A stretch of DNA of 57,095 nucleotides, counting the filler, from Bipalium vagum (taxonomy: Eukaryota), in NCBI GenBank assembly GCA_037834085.1. It is 3 parts of 3 records of this genome, joined end to end, with 100 filler letters (N's around TTAATTAATTAA, not from the genome) between each part and the next. Parts side by side here need not be neighbours in the genome. Positions count along the whole stretch, not along the records: positions 16,734 to 40,510 come from JBBMKC010206709.1; positions 40,611 to 57,095 come from JBBMKC010109179.1; 1 more part is not named here. The stretch is one strand, 5' to 3'. The translations under genes were made by a program, and so were the position numbers. The notes under the pieces are model-generated. The model ran no database searches. It was not told where the DNA came from and saw nothing but the letters and a program-made list of their open reading frames with translations. Of this stretch, positions 39,097 to 52,225 are shown piece by piece (within the stretch, counting starts at the first letter, position 1; each line of letters opens with the position of its first letter).

Positions 39097-40092
39097 TGGG
39101 TTGTCTAAAAGTTTCTACCGATTTAAGCAATATGAAAAACTTAAGAATGCTAAGACAATTTCAGAACTTTATTAAACTATATGTGCACCATCTTTTTTGA
39201 CAATGCAATTTCTTTGGTAAAGCTAGAAATCCGACACTGTAGAACTCTGATTTTTTGCTGAAAAACTGGGAAAAGTGGTTTCTGGTGTCTTTCTATGAAT
39301 TTAGTTTTAACCATCATGAACGTTCTGCAGTGAACGAAACAAATGATAGTTTGATGCTGCAAGATTAAGACTATATATATGCTGGAACTTCCCAATCAAG
39401 GTCCTTAAAATTTTTCTGTCATGAAAGACACATTTGGTCTTGCTGTGTTATGGTAAATACAGATCATTTCATTTTGATCAATTCTGCCTACTTTATTGAA
39501 ATTGCCTGTTGTGTTCTAGTTAATTGTTGACAGTATGGAACAGGGTCAAAAGGTTTACCTGGTTTGAGTATTTCTTGGTACATGATTCCTTTGTAATCCC
39601 ATTAAATGCAAGGCATGACCTTCCTTAGTGTCAATTTCGGCTTTGTCACAATTTTGTGGTGTCTCATAAAGTTTTGTTCATGATCGTTTTCTAACATTGT
39701 TTTCGAATCTGATTTATATTTTGTCACTCGTAATAAGACGTTTCAAGAATGGTTCGATAGAGTTTCTTTTCGGTCTATATGATTTTTGGGTGTTAAATCA
39801 TGCGGAATTCAAACACCCAGCTTGTTTTAAAAAACAGCTTGTAGATGAAAAAAGTTTTGGCAATTCAAGGCTGCTAAAATGCCTGTTTTCTCTTCTTTTT
39901 GAATCATTTAAAAACTTTTGACATGTTAGGCGGCCTGAACAATTTCGTCATTGACGTCGAAATTTCCAGAGCAAATTCGATGGAACTATTCATGGACTGT
40001 TCTATCAGATACATTATAAGTGCCATAAGCTGCATAAATATCTTTTTGCAGGACTGGAATCATTCAACGACCTTTAGGCTTGAAACTGTAAA
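39097..40092 (-). mobile_element. Mariner element (same family as 7479-8651), interrupted by a DD37D element
   Basis: Extensive nucleotide similarity to 7480-8380, including the TIR GGGTTGTCTAAAAGTTTCTACCGATTT. Confidence 0.85.
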
Positions 40093-40094
40093 TA

Positions 40095-40510
40095 CAGGGT
40101 GCGCATAAAGTCTTTGGACTTTGTAAACGATTATTTAAAGACGAAAATTCATCAACAACAAAAATGTTTTCTTATAATTACATAAAAAGGCTACAAATTT
40201 AGTTATTTAAATTCATTTTCGAATATTCCTCCTTTAGATTTGATGCAGGCTCGTAAACATCTCGGAAACTGATCTATCGCGACACGCACTGTTTCTTCGT
40301 TAATTTCTTTCCAGGCTTTCTCCAAATCACGTTTTAATGAGTTTACAGACGTATGTAATTTATCACAGGCTTTTCTCTGCAGTATTCCACATTTTGAATA
40401 GTCCAGAGGGTTCAAATCTGGTGAGTATGGACTCCATTGATTGGAGTCTAAAAAATCCGGAAAATTCTCTTTACAGAACTGTTGGGTCCTCTTTGCTCGA
40501 TGAGCAGGCG
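40095..40510 (-). mobile_element. DD37D (maT-like) element, 3' end
   Basis: TA|CAGGGTG end. SPDLNPLDYS...LHTSVNSLKRDLEKAWKEI...RACIKSKGGIFE. Truncated by the spacer. Confidence 0.85.
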
Positions 40511-40610
40511 NNNNNNNNNNNNNNNNNNNNNNNNNNNNNNNNNNNNNNNNNNNNTTAATTAATTAANNNNNNNNNNNNNNNNNNNNNNNNNNNNNNNNNN
40601 NNNNNNNNNN
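40511..40610. other. Assembly spacer: 44 N + TTAATTAATTAA + 44 N
   Basis: Identical to 16634-16733. Confidence 0.9.
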
Positions 40611-41667
40611 GCAATAATATTTGGTATTATATGTAACTTTTTTATAAGTCAAATGTAAAGTGTTCAATAAATTTGAAAAGGACTATAGAAAGAAGTAGAA
40701 TAAAAGTATTTATTTATACCAAATATACACCTCTTACATTGATAATCTTTTGTCAATTTCAGATAGTCATTATTCCATCAATAAAAATTTTATCAAATAT
40801 TCTTATCAAATTCCTGAACTTTACCTCAGTAAGATAGTTCTACAGAGATCTAAATAAATGATAACGGACCATGATTAGTTTGAATATTATTGGCAAATAT
40901 AACCAAATTTTTTGTCGTCCGAGATATATTGATTCGGGAATTGTTTACTTTGATTTTTTAAGAAAAGCTCAATCAGATTTGACAAACATCACCCTTTCGT
41001 TATATTTTTCAAATACTTTTAAAAAGATTTGTGGTTTATATTTCTCAGTTACCTCACAATACAAGAATGTGTTAAAAATTTTTATATCTTAACTTAAATA
41101 TAACATTCTAATTCAATGCTTTATACAATACGAAAAACCTTTTTCCACGCCCAATATTAATGTGAAGAAATTTGGAATAAGGAAATAATGATTATTGCAC
41201 TTTGTATATTTATGTATTAATATTTCTTGTTTTAATTTTTAATTAATTATTTAACAATAAAAGTGAAAATCATAATAAAGTCTGTTAATCAACAAGATAT
41301 CCACTATTAATATTAAAAAATTTAAAGTACAACTTGTTGGTTGTAGGAACATTCAAGAAAGAGTTACATATTTGCTAACAATTTTTACTGAGTCAGAGGT
41401 AATAAATCAGGGACTCTAAAATCAACTTCTACATATATCATCTTTAAGAGATGAAATATTGTTTAAAATTTTATTGCAGTTTTGACTAGGACATGGCGTG
41501 ATTGAACTCCACGAGACTGGGGACAATGAACTTCTATAACTATTTATCCAGAAATCAAAAAAGTTTCTCAGTTCATATTCTACCACTAACATGTTAGTTA
41601 GAATTTTTCGGAAAGTACCACATATTCACGCTTAACTCAGCATGATATATTTTTCATTTGACTATTA

Positions 41668-42700
41668 TGGTGGTCCGTAAGTTTCTGGAATTTCAATATA
41701 ATATTATTACAGAAATTCAAAATTATAAGATATAAGTTTATTCTTCGAAATACAATCCCTCGTGCTGAATAGTTTTTAACCACCTCCTGAAAACCCGGAA
41801 GAAACAATTTGAATATCAGGCCGTATGCTTAGATGCAAAAAATTCGTAAAATGCTTTTCAATATCATTGAGATACAGAAATTTGCTTCTTTTCAAGAACG
41901 TACATTAGTCGAAGTAGATGGAAATATGATGGGGCCAGATCAAGACCATATGCTAGATTTGGTTGGATTTCAATATCTAGACAGTTATTTTTGTTTTAGT
42001 TGCAATATTATGTGGCGTAACATTATCTTGGTGAAGAATAACTCTTTCAATTAGTTAATACTGGATATCGTTGATGCATAACCGCGTACACCCAAACGTT
42101 TTATTGGCAATCTATTTCAGTATTGATAGCTACATCTTCAGGAATTATTTTGACATAAATTAACCTTTCATAGTTCCACCAAACGCGTACCTTTAATTTT
42201 TAATCGATGTGACCTCTTTTTGGGATTTGTTTTGCAGACTAGACATTCTAAATCAAGTGATTTTTTAAATATGAATTGTTACAGTAAATCTTTATTCCTC
42301 ACATTTCAAAATTCTTTACAGGAAATGAATATCGTGATGATTTTGCAAAATTAATTGCAAATACCCAATCGCCTATCTACCTGTTCTGGTGTTAATTCTA
42401 AGAAACATTTCGGCACATATTATAAATCATGCTCAGCTTATACAAATGCCTCGACATAATTTCTTTAAAGGCATAAACCTCTGCAGATATGTTCCTTATG
42501 CTGGATTTAAGGATTACTTTCTACAATTGTCTTCAATACCTAAAAATAAGTGAATGTTGGTTACCAATATTTGGCTACGAGTCAAAAACATCACTTCAAA
42601 TTTTTTTGAAACATTCATGTGGCGCTTTTGTTAATAGCATCTTATCCTATGACTTAAAAAATTATTTGAATAATCTCAGATACAGTTTGAGGTCTTAAAA
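41668..42700 (-). mobile_element. Highly degenerate mariner element
   Basis: TIR-like TGGTGGTCCGTAAGTTTCTGG. The minus strand gives LHQDNVTPH and YGLDLAPSYF remnants near 41920-42035. Confidence 0.7.
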
Positions 42701-42900
42701 TAGTTAGTCTGGAGTTAGATTTTTCATGAAAAAAATATAATTATCTAAAACTATAAAAAATATCAATAGTAACAAAAATAATTTGAATGTTTTACTGCTA
42801 TTTAAGTAAAGTAGGAGTTTAAAACAAAAGTTTATTTCCGCAAATATAGCATAATTTAATATGCAAAATTACGAAAACTTTGTAGGCCACGTTAATATTA

Positions 42901-43630
42901 CAGAGTTTTTAATTCAAATTGGGACAATTTTAATTCAAATTCGCATTTTATAAAATTTTGTCACCATTCCTGCATGCGGAGAAAGAATTTCATATTTCGA
43001 AACCATCCTTCCCAGTTGTCTCTAGTAATTGTTTTCTAGTCCTTCTTTCATGACATCTGATAATTCATCTTCTGAAATACAACTACTTCTTTTTCCTCCA
43101 TTTCGAAAACATATTTTCGATTGAGTTCAGCATTGGAGAGTAGGGTGAAAGGTATTGTATAGCGTGTCCCTTTCCTTGAGAAATCTCTTTGACACTGTTA
43201 CACTTATGAAAAGGAACGTTGTTCATTATAACCACACATGTACTGACTGCTTCGCCTTCAATATATTCAAAAAAATATTTATGCATCCCAGAAATGAGAT
43301 AATATTGTACGGCTTGCAATTAATTTCATGAAAGGACATTCCAGTTCTTGATACAGCACAGCAAGTACTTACATGTTTAGATTTAATATTTTTAACTGTT
43401 GCTACTGGTGTTGACCCAATCTTTGCTCTACCTTTACTAACTCTCGTGGATAAGTTGAATCAAACTTCATCTACAAAAAAAATATTAGAGTCGAAAAATT
43501 CGTCACCCAACGTATCAAGCAGTAATGCATATTATTTTCGGAGTTTTAGTTTTTGGAATTATTTCTTTTTTAATAATAGATAGAATACGAATTTGAATTA
43601 AAATTGCTACAACTTGAATTAACAACCCTG
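42901..43630 (-). mobile_element. Deleted Tc1/IS630-like (DD34E) element with both TIRs
   Basis: TA|CAGAGTTTTTAATTCAAATT and AACTTGAATTAACAACCCTG|TA. Motifs FFVDEV and IMNNVPFHK...YLSPYSPMLNSIENMFSKW. Confidence 0.85.
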
Positions 43631-43959
43631 TAATAATCCGAGAAAAACGAATTGCTGTTTTAATTTTAAGAATTAGTTAACGTTGAGAATAGGTCAAATA
43701 CCATTATTATTTAGATCCTCTTGTATATAAATGTACTAAATCATTAAATTTTCAATTGTACTCAGTTAACTATCTTAAAGTTATGTTTTCGCTTTCGAAG
43801 GAGAACTCAATTACATGTTTTAATTCATAATTTATCAGACTGATTCCCGAAAGACTTATCTTGTAGATATTTATGTTGCTTTCTGAAAAAAATTTTTTTT
43901 GTTAACTTCTGTTTTGGAATAACCTTCGAAAATATTGTTCAGTATGATTCTTCTTCAAT

Positions 43960-45001
43960 ATTTCTTTTTTAAACTTCAAAGACTTATTATTGTAAGGATA
44001 TCCAATGGCAAATATGTACATGAACAGATTTTCTTTTACAGTTGCCCATCTTTCAGGCAATGGATGGATTTCGTAAAGTAAAACTATTTTGAAATAATTC
44101 AGCTATTGATACAATTTTGAAACTCTTCACCTGAACCTATTCTCAGAAAGTGCAAATTGCATCGATCGGAAAAAATGGAAATACGAAGGAATGATGATGA
44201 TGGTGAGTGAAATCAGACTTCCCAGTTTGCATCTTTTCAGTAATTCTAAATAAATGGATGAACATGTTGTCTACCTTTATTATGTTGCAAAATTAATTTT
44301 TCGTTTTTGTGCGCCTATTCTGGTCTTTTTTGGTCAGAGCTCATTTTAAATGAATTAATTGGCATCAAAAATCCTCACCAAATACGGTTTCTGTTGATTT
44401 TATCACTTTATAATAAATGATACCTTTTGATTCAACCAATTACGCAGTATAACTTTAGACACGTGAATGCTCTGTTTATGTGTTGATGTACAGAGTTCAC
44501 CAGGCTTCACCCAAGATGTTACGATCTATTTTTCTTCTCCCGTAATAATCATATGCAAAAAAAGTTTTTCTTTCTCTGAAACGGGTTAGCACAAAACTTA
44601 TTTCGCATTTCACTGAGTCTTTCCTTCGTTCTAAATCGGACCCAATTTTCTAATCATTACCATGCTAGCCAGTCTTTGCGATACAGTTCCTTGGGTCACA
44701 TTTAATACATCGGCCAGTTCGGATTGTGTTTGACATGATTCTTCATGTAATAAAATTGGTAATTCTTTATCATGAAAGACTTTTTCTGATTTGCTATTTC
44801 TTTTGTTCTCCTTCATTTCAGAATCGACAAAACCTTTCCTTGCATGTCGTATTAGAAAAAGCATGTGTACCATATATTATTAGAAGTAAGCGTTACATTC
44901 CTGGTGCCGTTTTGTCCGCAATATACTAATATAAAATTACTTTGCTAGGAATAGAACTTAACGCATTTTTGAAAAAGCCAGAGTCATGCTTATACACTTA
45001 T
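43960..45001 (-). mobile_element. Degenerate Mos1-like mariner element
   Basis: ORF 44631-44873 (EESCQTQSELADVLNVTQGTVSQRL), an IITGEEK motif and a C-terminal IHPLPERWA. Confidence 0.8.
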
Positions 45002-46058
45002 TAGATAACTACATTTACCAGGCAGCATAATTAAATGTAAGTTATAGGTTCATTATATAAATATAAATGAGAGTCAGAATATATATAACCAGATATTTTA
45101 CTGTAAATGTGTTCAAAAATAAGCTATCAGTGATATTTTTGTGTCTTCTTAAAATATTTGACATTAAAGTATGCTAATATACCCATTAAAACGGTTTTAT
45201 AATATCATTCGTGCAAGAAATGTAAGCGAAAATATATTTTAAAAATAGTTTACAGTTATTAAGAGAAGTCGATAAGTTTCTGGAGTACAAAAGAAACATT
45301 GCTGAAAATAAATGTCACCATTGATATTCAAATTATTTGCAGTCATAATATATACTTTTTCATTTCATCGAATCAGTTTTTGAAAAATTTATTCCAATCC
45401 AAACCCAATAACTCAAAAATTTCACTTGAATGTCTACACAGCCTCTTCAGGATATGAAAACCAGAGACAGTACAATCTATTTTAGATGGTAGGAAATGGA
45501 AAGAATTCACATGCTGCCAAATGAGATGAAGGTATCATTACATGTATATTGTACGTTTTACTTATCATTTTATTTATTTATTATACATCGTCACCTGCCA
45601 ATTAGTCGATTGTTTTGAGGGATGTATGGTAGCTTGCTTTAAGGTATAGAATGATTGAACACATTTAGTTAATTTGTCAAATTCATTAAGAATATGTAAA
45701 TTTTCCCAAACTGTTCACGATCTTCTATTAGATGAAAAACGACTAATTATACTCCAAAAAATTTTGTGCATTGCTATAAAATCGAACAATCTTAATTATA
45801 ATACTTCCCAAGAAAATCAAAACAGGTAACTTAATTTTTTAGGCAAATGCACTCATTATCCAACAAGATGATCTTGTGATATGTTGTGCTGTATATATTT
45901 ATACAAAGCGGCAAACACCCAAGAAAATGAATTAAGATCACAAAAATTTTCAGACATTTAATTTATAAAATATTTTTAAATATCTTCTAAACTGATACTG
46001 TGAATCGAACACAATCTTTCATCAACTTAGATATTGGTGAACAACCTAATCTCAACTA

Positions 46059-47138
46059 TTAGGTCAAGCTAAAAGTAATGTCCGTTTTTTGATCAATTTA
46101 TTAAAAGTTTAAGTAAAATTAATAAATAAATTTAAAAGTACTTTTTTAATATTATTATTTATTTAAAATATCTGCAGTTAATTTAGGAATTACAAGCCTT
46201 AAACGATCAGAGGAAATTTTAAGAAATTAGATATTAAATGAATGTTACCAATGCAAATCATCACCAGAAGCCATTAATTCGGTTTATGAGAAAGCGTTGG
46301 ATGAGAGCAACGCACGAAGATGTTTTTTAAAATTTTAAATCGGGAAATCCTCGTTCGAACCTTAGTTAAAGTTCAGAAACTTTCAGTGCACCTATGTCAA
46401 CAATATTTGACCATCTCAACTGGTAAAAATGTCTTGAAGGAAGATGTGTGCCGCATCTTTTAGCTGAAATGCAAAAAATACAATTAATATCAATTTGCAA
46501 TTTTTTGGTTACTCAATCGAATTTCTTAAAAATTGATCCAGCAAGACAATCGAAAACGTAAAAGACAATGGCTCTCACCAGGCAGAACTTCAAGAGCAAC
46601 ACAAAAACCAATCATCTATGGAAAAAAACCCATTGATTAGCGTTTCATGGAATGTCCATAGAATCCTTCATTTTGGATTGCTGAAACGACACAACAATTA
46701 CAGTTTACTTCTTTAGAGAACCAATAATCCAATTAAAAGATACTATCCAACTTAAAAATCCTGGATTTACCAATAGAAAATACGTTATCCTTGATCAAGA
46801 AAAGGCCAAAGAGCATACCGCAAAAGTCACCGAACAGAAAAGTAAGGTATATGGATTGGATGTTCTCCATCATCCTCTTATTCCCAAGATTTAGAGCACT
46901 TCGGATTATCACTTAATACGCTCGATGGAGCATTTCCTTTTCGGCAAAAACTTTCAAAATAAAGATATTATCAAAAACGATATTATCAACAAAAGATGAA
47001 AGAAGAAGAGAATTTGAAAACTTGGTTTCTCGTTAAACACAGATGGAGAATACTTCGATGATTAGATAATTAATAATTCTTAAAAAATGTATTATAATTG
47101 ATGGAATAAAACGGACATGTCATTCGAATCACCAATAA
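46059..47138 (+). mobile_element. Degenerate full-length mariner element
   Basis: TIRs TTAGGTCAAGCTAAAAGTAATGTCCGTTTT and AAAACGGACATGTCATTCGAATCACCAATAA. Motifs CVPHLL and LHHP..SQDL.TSDYHLIRSMEHFL. Confidence 0.85.
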
Positions 47139-48059
47139 TACAGAAACACTTCCATTTGTGAATTCTTTACACTTTTAATAAAATGCTCCTCACCAAATAC
47201 CAACTATCATGGTATTACTTTCTTTTATTTTACTTGTACTTTACTTTTCTCCATATCGAAAATCATAGAAAATAATAATTCCACATATTTTGCCAAATTA
47301 CATTTCTTCTTATTATGAGGTTACTATTTTTAAACTGAAATGATTATTTCGACAATGCATTTTAATTTGACAAAAAATTATTTTCTAAAGCAAATATATT
47401 TTACATACTTATCAATTTCATGTCGACTATCTTTTCTACTACCATTTCCGAATTTTTTCAACCGACTTCTTTATTATTTTAAATAATTATTATTAACTTC
47501 ATTTTTGCTTTTTAATTTTGTCATAGTTTTGAACTTCATCTTTCACAATTTTATCAATTAAATTCTAATTCTTTTATTAAAAAAAATTTTTTTTTTTAAA
47601 AATAAATAAAAAAAAATAATAATAAATAATAATAATAATAATTAGCATTATTATTATATACAAATTGATAATTATGATTACATAAAATTAAATTTTAATC
47701 AATTTTTAAATTACCGAAACATAAATATTTTTCTTGTATTTTATATTTATAAAATTAAAATTTCTAAGACCTTCCATGTCCAAAACATCACGATGAAAAA
47801 TGTGGAAAGGCTTTTTTCTTTTCTTATCAAAAATATTAAGATATAATAATATAATAAAAAATAATTATTAATATCTTAGAATTATAATTTATTTTTTTAA
47901 ATAATTGCATTAAATAAATTTGTACATTTATAGTGAAAACATTCAAAATCAATTTCACGCTTTATCACGGTAATATGGAAAATATCCCATATGTTCAATT
48001 CTTGCTTTCTTTTCAATAAAATATAATTAGAAATAATATTTTCATCATATCATAGGTTG

Positions 48060-48610
48060 TTCAATTAGTTCGTGGAACAGAAATGAAAAAACGAATTTAT
48101 AGTTGTAAAAATGATTTTATTTTAAAGTATAATTTCCCTCAACTTCCACACATTTAGTCAAACGATTCTGTAATCTATGGATCCATTCACGGTAGTGTTT
48201 TTTCAGGAAGATCTGTAAAATACTTCTCAACGACAAATATTACCTTTTCGTTTGATGAATACTTTTAGATGTGAGAAGACCCAGAAGTCAGAGAGAGGTA
48301 ACTCTGCTGAATATACTGGATAGTTCAACAACTCATACTTTTAATTCATTGATTTTACCGATGTTTTATGAGCTCTGTGAGAAGTTTCGTTAACATGATG
48401 AAAAAAAATTTTTTTTCTTCGTGTGTGTCGTTTTTAAGGCTTTTACAAGAACATTTAAATAATCCAACCCATTTAACTCACATTGTTTTTAAAGGTGCTG
48501 ACCCATCCAAGACAATTATCATCTCTGTATGGATTGTCATTACATTTAAACCTTTTTCAAGAGAAATTTAATTAATAAACGATTCTCCAATTTTCCATTT
48601 TTAAAACAAA
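48060..48610 (-). mobile_element. Highly decayed mariner-like remnant
   Basis: SDFWVFSHL and SSNEKVIFVVEKYF resemble a mariner C-terminus. Confidence 0.5.
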
Positions 48611-49740
48611 GTCAGACATGTTAATTTTAAAAGGCTTTTAAACAAAGAATTAATAAACAGGTGTAAATGAAATTGTAGTTAGTTTCTTATATAACATGGA
48701 ACATTAAAATAGTGTTAAGGTTTCGGTTTTACTATTGACGAGCATATGGTATTCCGCGAACTTATTGAACAACTTGATAACATAAAACATTGGGGTTTAC
48801 TTGAACATAATAAGAAAACGAAATGCAGAACTTTCCTTTAATTACTATTTTCAATATTGATAAATCAATTTTAGAAAGAAAAAAAATCGGACGGATTATT
48901 GATTAAGAGAAGATAATTTTAAATTTTAATTGTTTTAGTAATAAGTTCTCTGTCAAACTTTAGCACTAAAAATTTAAAAAAAAGATTTTAGTGCTTTTTT
49001 ATTTATGTATTTATTAATATTATCAAATAAATAAATTTATTTATTTATTTTAAGGTTTGTGTTGGTTGACCTTAAAAACAATTTTTACGAATCAATTGGA
49101 GTGGTTAATTAAAGATAATCTCTCTCTCCATCCACAATCTTTAAATTATTGAAGAATCTCAAGATTGCAGAAAAATTGTTTATTACACTATAAAGTCATA
49201 ATCATAGATTTAATATATATCACAGAATATAAATATGCATATAATAATCAATTAGATATAATCATAATAGATATAAAATAATGATTATGTTCAGTGCTCC
49301 CGTTGATAAATGGCCTCAGCGTTTAACAATGTGTACCAAGATTAGAAGTGACCATTTTGAATCAATATATTACAAATTTTATTATGGTTCGTAATTATTT
49401 GTATTTCAAAAACCTTTCTTTTCTTAATACCTATTTTAATTTGTTATGATATTTTGAAGTGGGTTCAGAACTTATAACGAAATTATTCACTTTAAAATTT
49501 TGCCTTTTACTCAATACTTTCAATCGAACTCAGTTCGAATACTTCCACTTCAAAAAAAAATTTTGAATAATAATAATAATTATTATTAGTCATTAATGTT
49601 CTTAATTTATTAATTTGTGTAAATATTGTTATATTTTCAAATATTATCAATTTTTAATTGTTTTTTTCTTTAATTTGTATTATTACGTTTTTTATTTTAT
49701 ATATTTTTAAACATTGAGAGTATATATTAAATAATATATT

Positions 49741-49741
49741 C

Positions 49742-49778
<37 letters not shown>
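49741..49778. repeat. (AAT)n microsatellite
   Basis: Directly visible. It accounts for the poly-Leu in spurious ORF 49654-49845. Confidence 0.9.
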
Positions 49779-49781
<3 letters not shown>

Positions 49782-51346
49782 TATTAAATAATATAAATAT
49801 AATATATATAATAAGTATTCTTAATCCTAAGAAAAATAAATCCAATATTAATCGTTAGAGCACTTCTTACCATTGAAAATTAATATCTGTTTTACAATAA
49901 TTTTTGTTATGTTGATAGAAATAATATTAACAAGACAAAATTTCAATTCTATGTGAAAAAATCTAAAATTAAAAGTTCAACAGAAACAATCTTTATGAAA
50001 TAAAAAATAGGAATATTTATCCCAATACATTTATTAAAAAACAAATAAAATTAAAACACAGCTCAGTGAATAGCACTTAACAGAAAATTGGCCTTCCGTT
50101 TAAATCACATTCGAGAAATCATTGAAAAATTAAAAATACATTAATGAAAGAAATTTTCATTATATTGATTACAATTTTCAAATAAATACCAGATTCAACA
50201 GAGAAATGTAAAATTTCGAAAAGCAAATGATCTTTAAAAAACGATACAATGCTTGATGGTTCCAATATTTTAAGAAATTCATAATCACCATTATAAAATA
50301 TTTATACATTATTGATAATTACAAATCATTAATGAAAAGATTATTTTTCAATAAGTAAATAATAAAAATCAATAAAATTTGGAAAATAAATAATATATTA
50401 CGCTATGAAAAAATGCACAATATTTTGAAATTAATTTTTATAACTCAACCTAATAAATTAATTATCTTGTTGATAATCAATAAGAATCCCATCGTTTTTA
50501 AATTTCTCTGGCCCAACGGAAAGAAATTCTGCTGCAATATCAGAAAACCCCTTTTATTAATATTATCAATTAAAACAAACTTATTTTATTTCATTTAAAT
50601 TTTAATATACCCAGTCCAGTAAAACATCAAGTTAATTAAATTTTTGTTCGAATTTAAACCCTTTTTCTGTAATTTATTGTTTGGTTTTCGTTATCTATTG
50701 TAGTCCTATTGTTTGCTAAATCAAACACAATTAAAATTCTTTCGTACTTTAAGATGAATTGAATTATAAGTTAATATTATTGGTAAACAATATTTTAAAA
50801 ATATAAAAATATAATTTTTGGTGCTGATTATTCCCTAACATATCATACTTCATATATTATAAATTTTCCAAATAATTTTTCGTTAAAATTTAAAAGAAAA
50901 GAATCATTAAGTTTGATCCAAGATGATACCAATTTCCTTATATTACAAAATATCTAAGAAATCTCAACCTGAAGTCTTCATGATAAATAATACTATACAC
51001 TTTATTGAGTTAGATTAAGAAAATATAAATAATATTTGATGTTATAATTGATAGGTAATCGGGGTACATATATACTGAAAATTAAGTTTCGAGGATGATA
51101 AAGAAAAGTGAAGGAATTAGACAAACATTGAAAGGTTTTGTGGATTATATGAGGTTAACTGGTTTCCCAGAATAAAAGTACAAAAGAGTTTAATACAACC
51201 TTTGGCAGATGCAATTTTGTTTGATAATTAAGATTTGATTTTTAAAAGATCCATGAAAAACCTAGAAAATTGAATTTTACGTTTAAAAATAGAAAGGGTT
51301 AAATAATTATTTTATTCTGTTATTATAAATATTAAAATTACCCCAC

Positions 51347-51567
51347 CTGCAGTTGTCAAACCGGGACTACTGGTAAACTTAATTATATCTACAATTTTAA
51401 CAGCGAATTGTTGTTTCGTTTCTTTATGAATACATCTTCTTACAACACTGAAAGGACCCCTTTTAAAATATGGAATTATAACATTTAAGAAAAGCAAAAA
51501 ATGTGCTTTACTTTCCAATCATTTCACACAGCTGATACACATCATCAAATAAAATTTCTTCAGCCAT
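51347..51567 (-). CDS. CASK: CASK (MAGUK with N-terminal CaM-kinase domain), coding exons 1-2 (51512-51567 and 51347-51459), partial
   Basis: Spliced translation [56 protein letters not shown] closely matches the CASK/LIN-2 N-terminus, including the diagnostic GKGPFS loop. The 52-nt intron is GT-AG. Confidence 0.95.
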
Positions 51568-52225
51568 AAATGTAATGCAAAATTAAAATTCAAATTATTT
51601 ATATTTATTCACCTTCATTAGAATAAATTACAGTTCATTTAAACAATATCTCAGAAAATTAACCTTAAAAATTTATTCAAAATAGAATTTTATATTTTAA
51701 AAACTTTTTCAAATTAAAAATTTTTTAAAAGATTAAAAAATTTATTTCATAAAAAATTGATTAATTAAAAAATAATAGAAAAACAGTTTTTATTTTCTAA
51801 ATAATAAACGTTTATATACAATCCATATTAACAATATCGATTTTTCATTTAATCCAGACATTGTCAGACATACATATTTACAAAGCATGTTTTTGACATA
51901 AATACGCACACGCATCCAATAGTAACGTTCTACGACTTATTAATAGAGATGGACATGCAATTACAGACCTGCGACACTTAATGACAGGCAAACATATACA
52001 CCACTTCACACAGAGAAAACACACACCCACACACCCGCAAAAACATAAAAAACATCGTAGAGGCTGAATGAAAATGAATGAAAATTTGGTATTATTATTA
52101 TTGAAATTATTATTAATTATTTTTCTTTCTGATCGATTTTGTCAATAACGATAACCGTTACATAATTACGTGGGGTGTAGTTTAATGCTAATTGGTCAAA
52201 TTTGCCATTGATATTTATTTCATGA
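51568..52225. promoter_or_regulatory. Probable bidirectional promoter between CASK and the UBA-domain gene
   Basis: 658 bp separate the divergent ATGs. A locally GC-richer island with CA-rich motifs (ACGCACACGCA, ACACACCCACACACCCGC) lies at 51900-52040. Confidence 0.55.

Noticed and set aside
49654-49845. Poly-Leu ORF
   Set aside because: Microsatellite artefact.
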